From: a virus
Lineage: Duplodnaviria; Caudoviricetes
IMG/VR virus record: IMGVR_UViG_3300017911_001503
Coordinates: 1 to 44,206 of that record
DNA length: 44,206 bases
Reading direction: 5' to 3' (one strand)
Shown: positions 42,277 to 44,206 of the stretch, one piece after another
How positions within the stretch are numbered: the stretch's first letter is position 1
Layout: each line of letters opens with the position of its first letter
Translations under genes and position numbers: made by a program
The notes under the pieces: model-generated
What the model was told of the DNA's origin: nothing
Seen by the model: the letters and a program-made list of their open reading frames with translations, nothing else
The model's database searches: none

Positions 42277-44122
42277 TGTCCTAGTCTTCGACATCGAAAC
42301 CAACGGCCTCCTCCATGAGCTACACACAGTTCACTGCATTGCAGTTGCGTCAACGGATGCTGCGTCTCCTGAGGAGGTTGCGCTCTACCACGACGACCCG
42401 TCGATCACGCCGCGCCAAGGCTCTACGCAGGAGGGTGTCGACTTCCTCGCAGCCCACCTTCGACGAGGAGGTAAGTTGGCGGGGCATAACGTCATCGGCT
42501 TCGATGCTCCGGCGCTCGAAACGCTGTTCGATCTGTCATGGTCTGCTGACGACCTCTACGACACAGCCGTGTGGTCGCGCTTGGTGTACTCAGACCGGCG
42601 CGAGCGGGACTTCGCACTGAAGGAGCAGGGGCGCATCGAGGGGCGCTACATCGGCCAGCACACGCTGGCTTCGTGGGGCAGCAGGCTGGGGGAGCCGAAG
42701 GCCGACTACGACGGCGGCTGGGCGGACTTCAACCAAGACATGGCTGACTACTGTCGGCAAGACGTAGTCACCAACTGCAAGCTCTACCGCGTGCTGTCGA
42801 AGCGCCTGCCGGAGGGCGACTGCCACGTCTGGGAGACGCGCTTCGCTGACCAGTGTGAGCGCATGGGGCGCAGGGGCGTCCAGCTTGACCGCGAGGCGGC
42901 TATGAGCCTGCTGCGGCATCTGGAAGAGCGCAAGATGGTGCTGGAGGAAGAGATCAAAGAGGTCTTCCCTCCCAAGTACATGAAGCACAAGCCGTACCCC
43001 AGCGGCAAGCCGCGCCTAGTCATGTGCAAGTACCGCGGGGTCAAGTGCGAAGACAAGATGATCCCGTTCAACCCCGGCTCTCGCCAGCAGCTTGCTCGGC
43101 GTCTGTCCGAGGAGTACGGATGGGTGCCGAAGGAACTGACGGCCAAGGGCAACCCTGCGCTGCATGAGAAGGCGCTGATGGAGGTCGCCAAGGTGTACCC
43201 GGTGGCCGCTAAGGTCGCGGAGTACCACATCGTCAAGGCCCGCATCGGCGTGCTGTCCGACGGAGACCAAGCGTACTTCCGTCTTTGCGACGACGCTGAC
43301 GTGCTGCACGGTAGGACGATTCACAGCGGCACCGTGACTGGACGCTGCGCTCACCGCTCGCCTAACACTGGCAACATCTGCTCGATCCGCAAGCCTTACG
43401 GTAAGGAGATGCGGTCCATCTTCATCCCGTTCAAGGGCTACCGGCAGGCTGGCTTTGACGCGGACGGGCTGGAGCTACGGATGCTGGCGAACCGTCTGGC
43501 GCCGTATGACGACGGGGCCTACGCGCACTCCGTCCATGCGGGCAAAAAGGAGGACGGCACGGATGTACACACCATGCACGCCCAGGCGATCTCGGAGATC
43601 CATGAAGTCACCCGCGACGCTGGTAAGTCCGTCACCTACGCCTTCCTGTACGGTGCGGGCAACAAGCTTCTAGGCCGTCTGGTCAAGGGTGGGGCCAAGA
43701 AGGGTGCCGCTGTCCGCCGTGCGTTGATCCGCAAGATCGACGGGATGGACATGCTGCAAGACGACTTGACTGCCTCTTACAAGCGCGGGCACGTCACCTC
43801 GCTGCTTGGGATGCGCGTCGGCATCCGACACGAACACGCAGTGCTGAACTCGCAACTACAGAGCGACGGCGCTGCGGTCATGAAGGTTGTGCCTGTCATC
43901 CTCGATGACTTGCTGGCCGATGCGGGCATCAAGCCCGGCGTCGACTGGCTGCAAACTGGGCACATCCATGACGAGGTGCAGGGCTCGCTGCGGCCCGGCC
44001 TTGAAGACACGTTCACCGCCTGCGTTGAAAAGGCGTTCCAACTCACTCAAGACCTCCTCGATGTCAAAGTGCCCCTGATCGGCTCCGCAGAGTTCGGATC
44101 GTCTTGGGCCGACACTCACTGA
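42230..44122 (+). CDS. DNA polymerase family A (gp5-like)
   Basis: FDIETNG, GHNVIGFD, YCRQDV exonuclease motifs; TVTGR, DADGLELR, RDAGKSVTYAFLYG, IHDEVQ. Confidence 0.98.
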   Translation: MERSPISPLDSTLSSDVLVFDIETNGLLHELHTVHCIAVASTDAASPEEVALYHDDPSITPRQGSTQEGVDFLAAHLRRGGKLAGHNVIGFDAPALETLFDLSWSADDLYDTAVWSRLVYSDRRERDFALKEQGRIEGRYIGQHTLASWGSRLGEPKADYDGGWADFNQDMADYCRQDVVTNCKLYRVLSKRLPEGDCHVWETRFADQCERMGRRGVQLDREAAMSLLRHLEERKMVLEEEIKEVFPPKYMKHKPYPSGKPRLVMCKYRGVKCEDKMIPFNPGSRQQLARRLSEEYGWVPKELTAKGNPALHEKALMEVAKVYPVAAKVAEYHIVKARIGVLSDGDQAYFRLCDDADVLHGRTIHSGTVTGRCAHRSPNTGNICSIRKPYGKEMRSIFIPFKGYRQAGFDADGLELRMLANRLAPYDDGAYAHSVHAGKKEDGTDVHTMHAQAISEIHEVTRDAGKSVTYAFLYGAGNKLLGRLVKGGAKKGAAVRRALIRKIDGMDMLQDDLTASYKRGHVTSLLGMRVGIRHEHAVLNSQLQSDGAAVMKVVPVILDDLLADAGIKPGVDWLQTGHIHDEVQGSLRPGLEDTFTACVEKAFQLTQDLLDVKVPLIGSAEFGSSWADTH

Positions 44123-44206
44123 TATGACCAACGTACTCATCGACGCTGACGAACTGATTTACAAGGCTTGCGCTGCTGCCGAGTTCGACTTGGAGATCAA
44201 CGGCTT
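44066..44206. repeat. Terminal direct repeat (copy of 1-141)
   Basis: Exact sequence identity. Confidence 0.95.

Noticed and set aside
44066-44206. 141-bp end repeat as the biological terminal repeat
   Set aside because: It falls inside coding sequence and its length matches a common assembler k-mer overlap; real termini are more likely near 27 kb

Overview
The window is an apparently complete, circularly permuted genome of a GC-rich T7-like podophage (Autographiviridae-type, with its own single-subunit RNA polymerase). Bases 1-141 are repeated exactly at 44066-44206, an assembly overlap that cuts through the DNA polymerase/exonuclease junction, so the unit length is about 44065 bp. The plus strand carries a giant FN3/beta-helix protein, RNAP, SSB, an XF1762/Mom-like protein, primase-helicase, a queD / TGT-like / queE / queC cassette, dNMP kinase, DNA polymerase A and exonuclease. 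These are followed by the T7-order morphogenesis module (portal, scaffold, capsid, tail tubes, internal virion proteins, tail fibre, terminases). Unusually for this group, two blocks lie on the minus strand: 23472-26466 (MazG, C5 methyltransferase, RuvC, acidic peptides) and 27305-28613 (small early-type genes). They flank a repeat-rich non-coding region that probably holds the physical genome ends. Highlights: (1) a 7-deazaguanine (preQ0) DNA-modification cassette whose candidate insertion enzyme is a short, divergent TGT-fold protein; (2) a C5 methyltransferase with its motif IX on a second ORF nested in another frame; (3) NrdR-box-like sites, iteron-like repeats and a promoter+palindrome unit in the control region; (4) a 1593-aa adhesin-like gene upstream of RNAP; (5) no recognisable endolysin or holin, but a candidate unimolecular spanin. 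All assignments come from motif recognition and synteny by eye; no searches were run.
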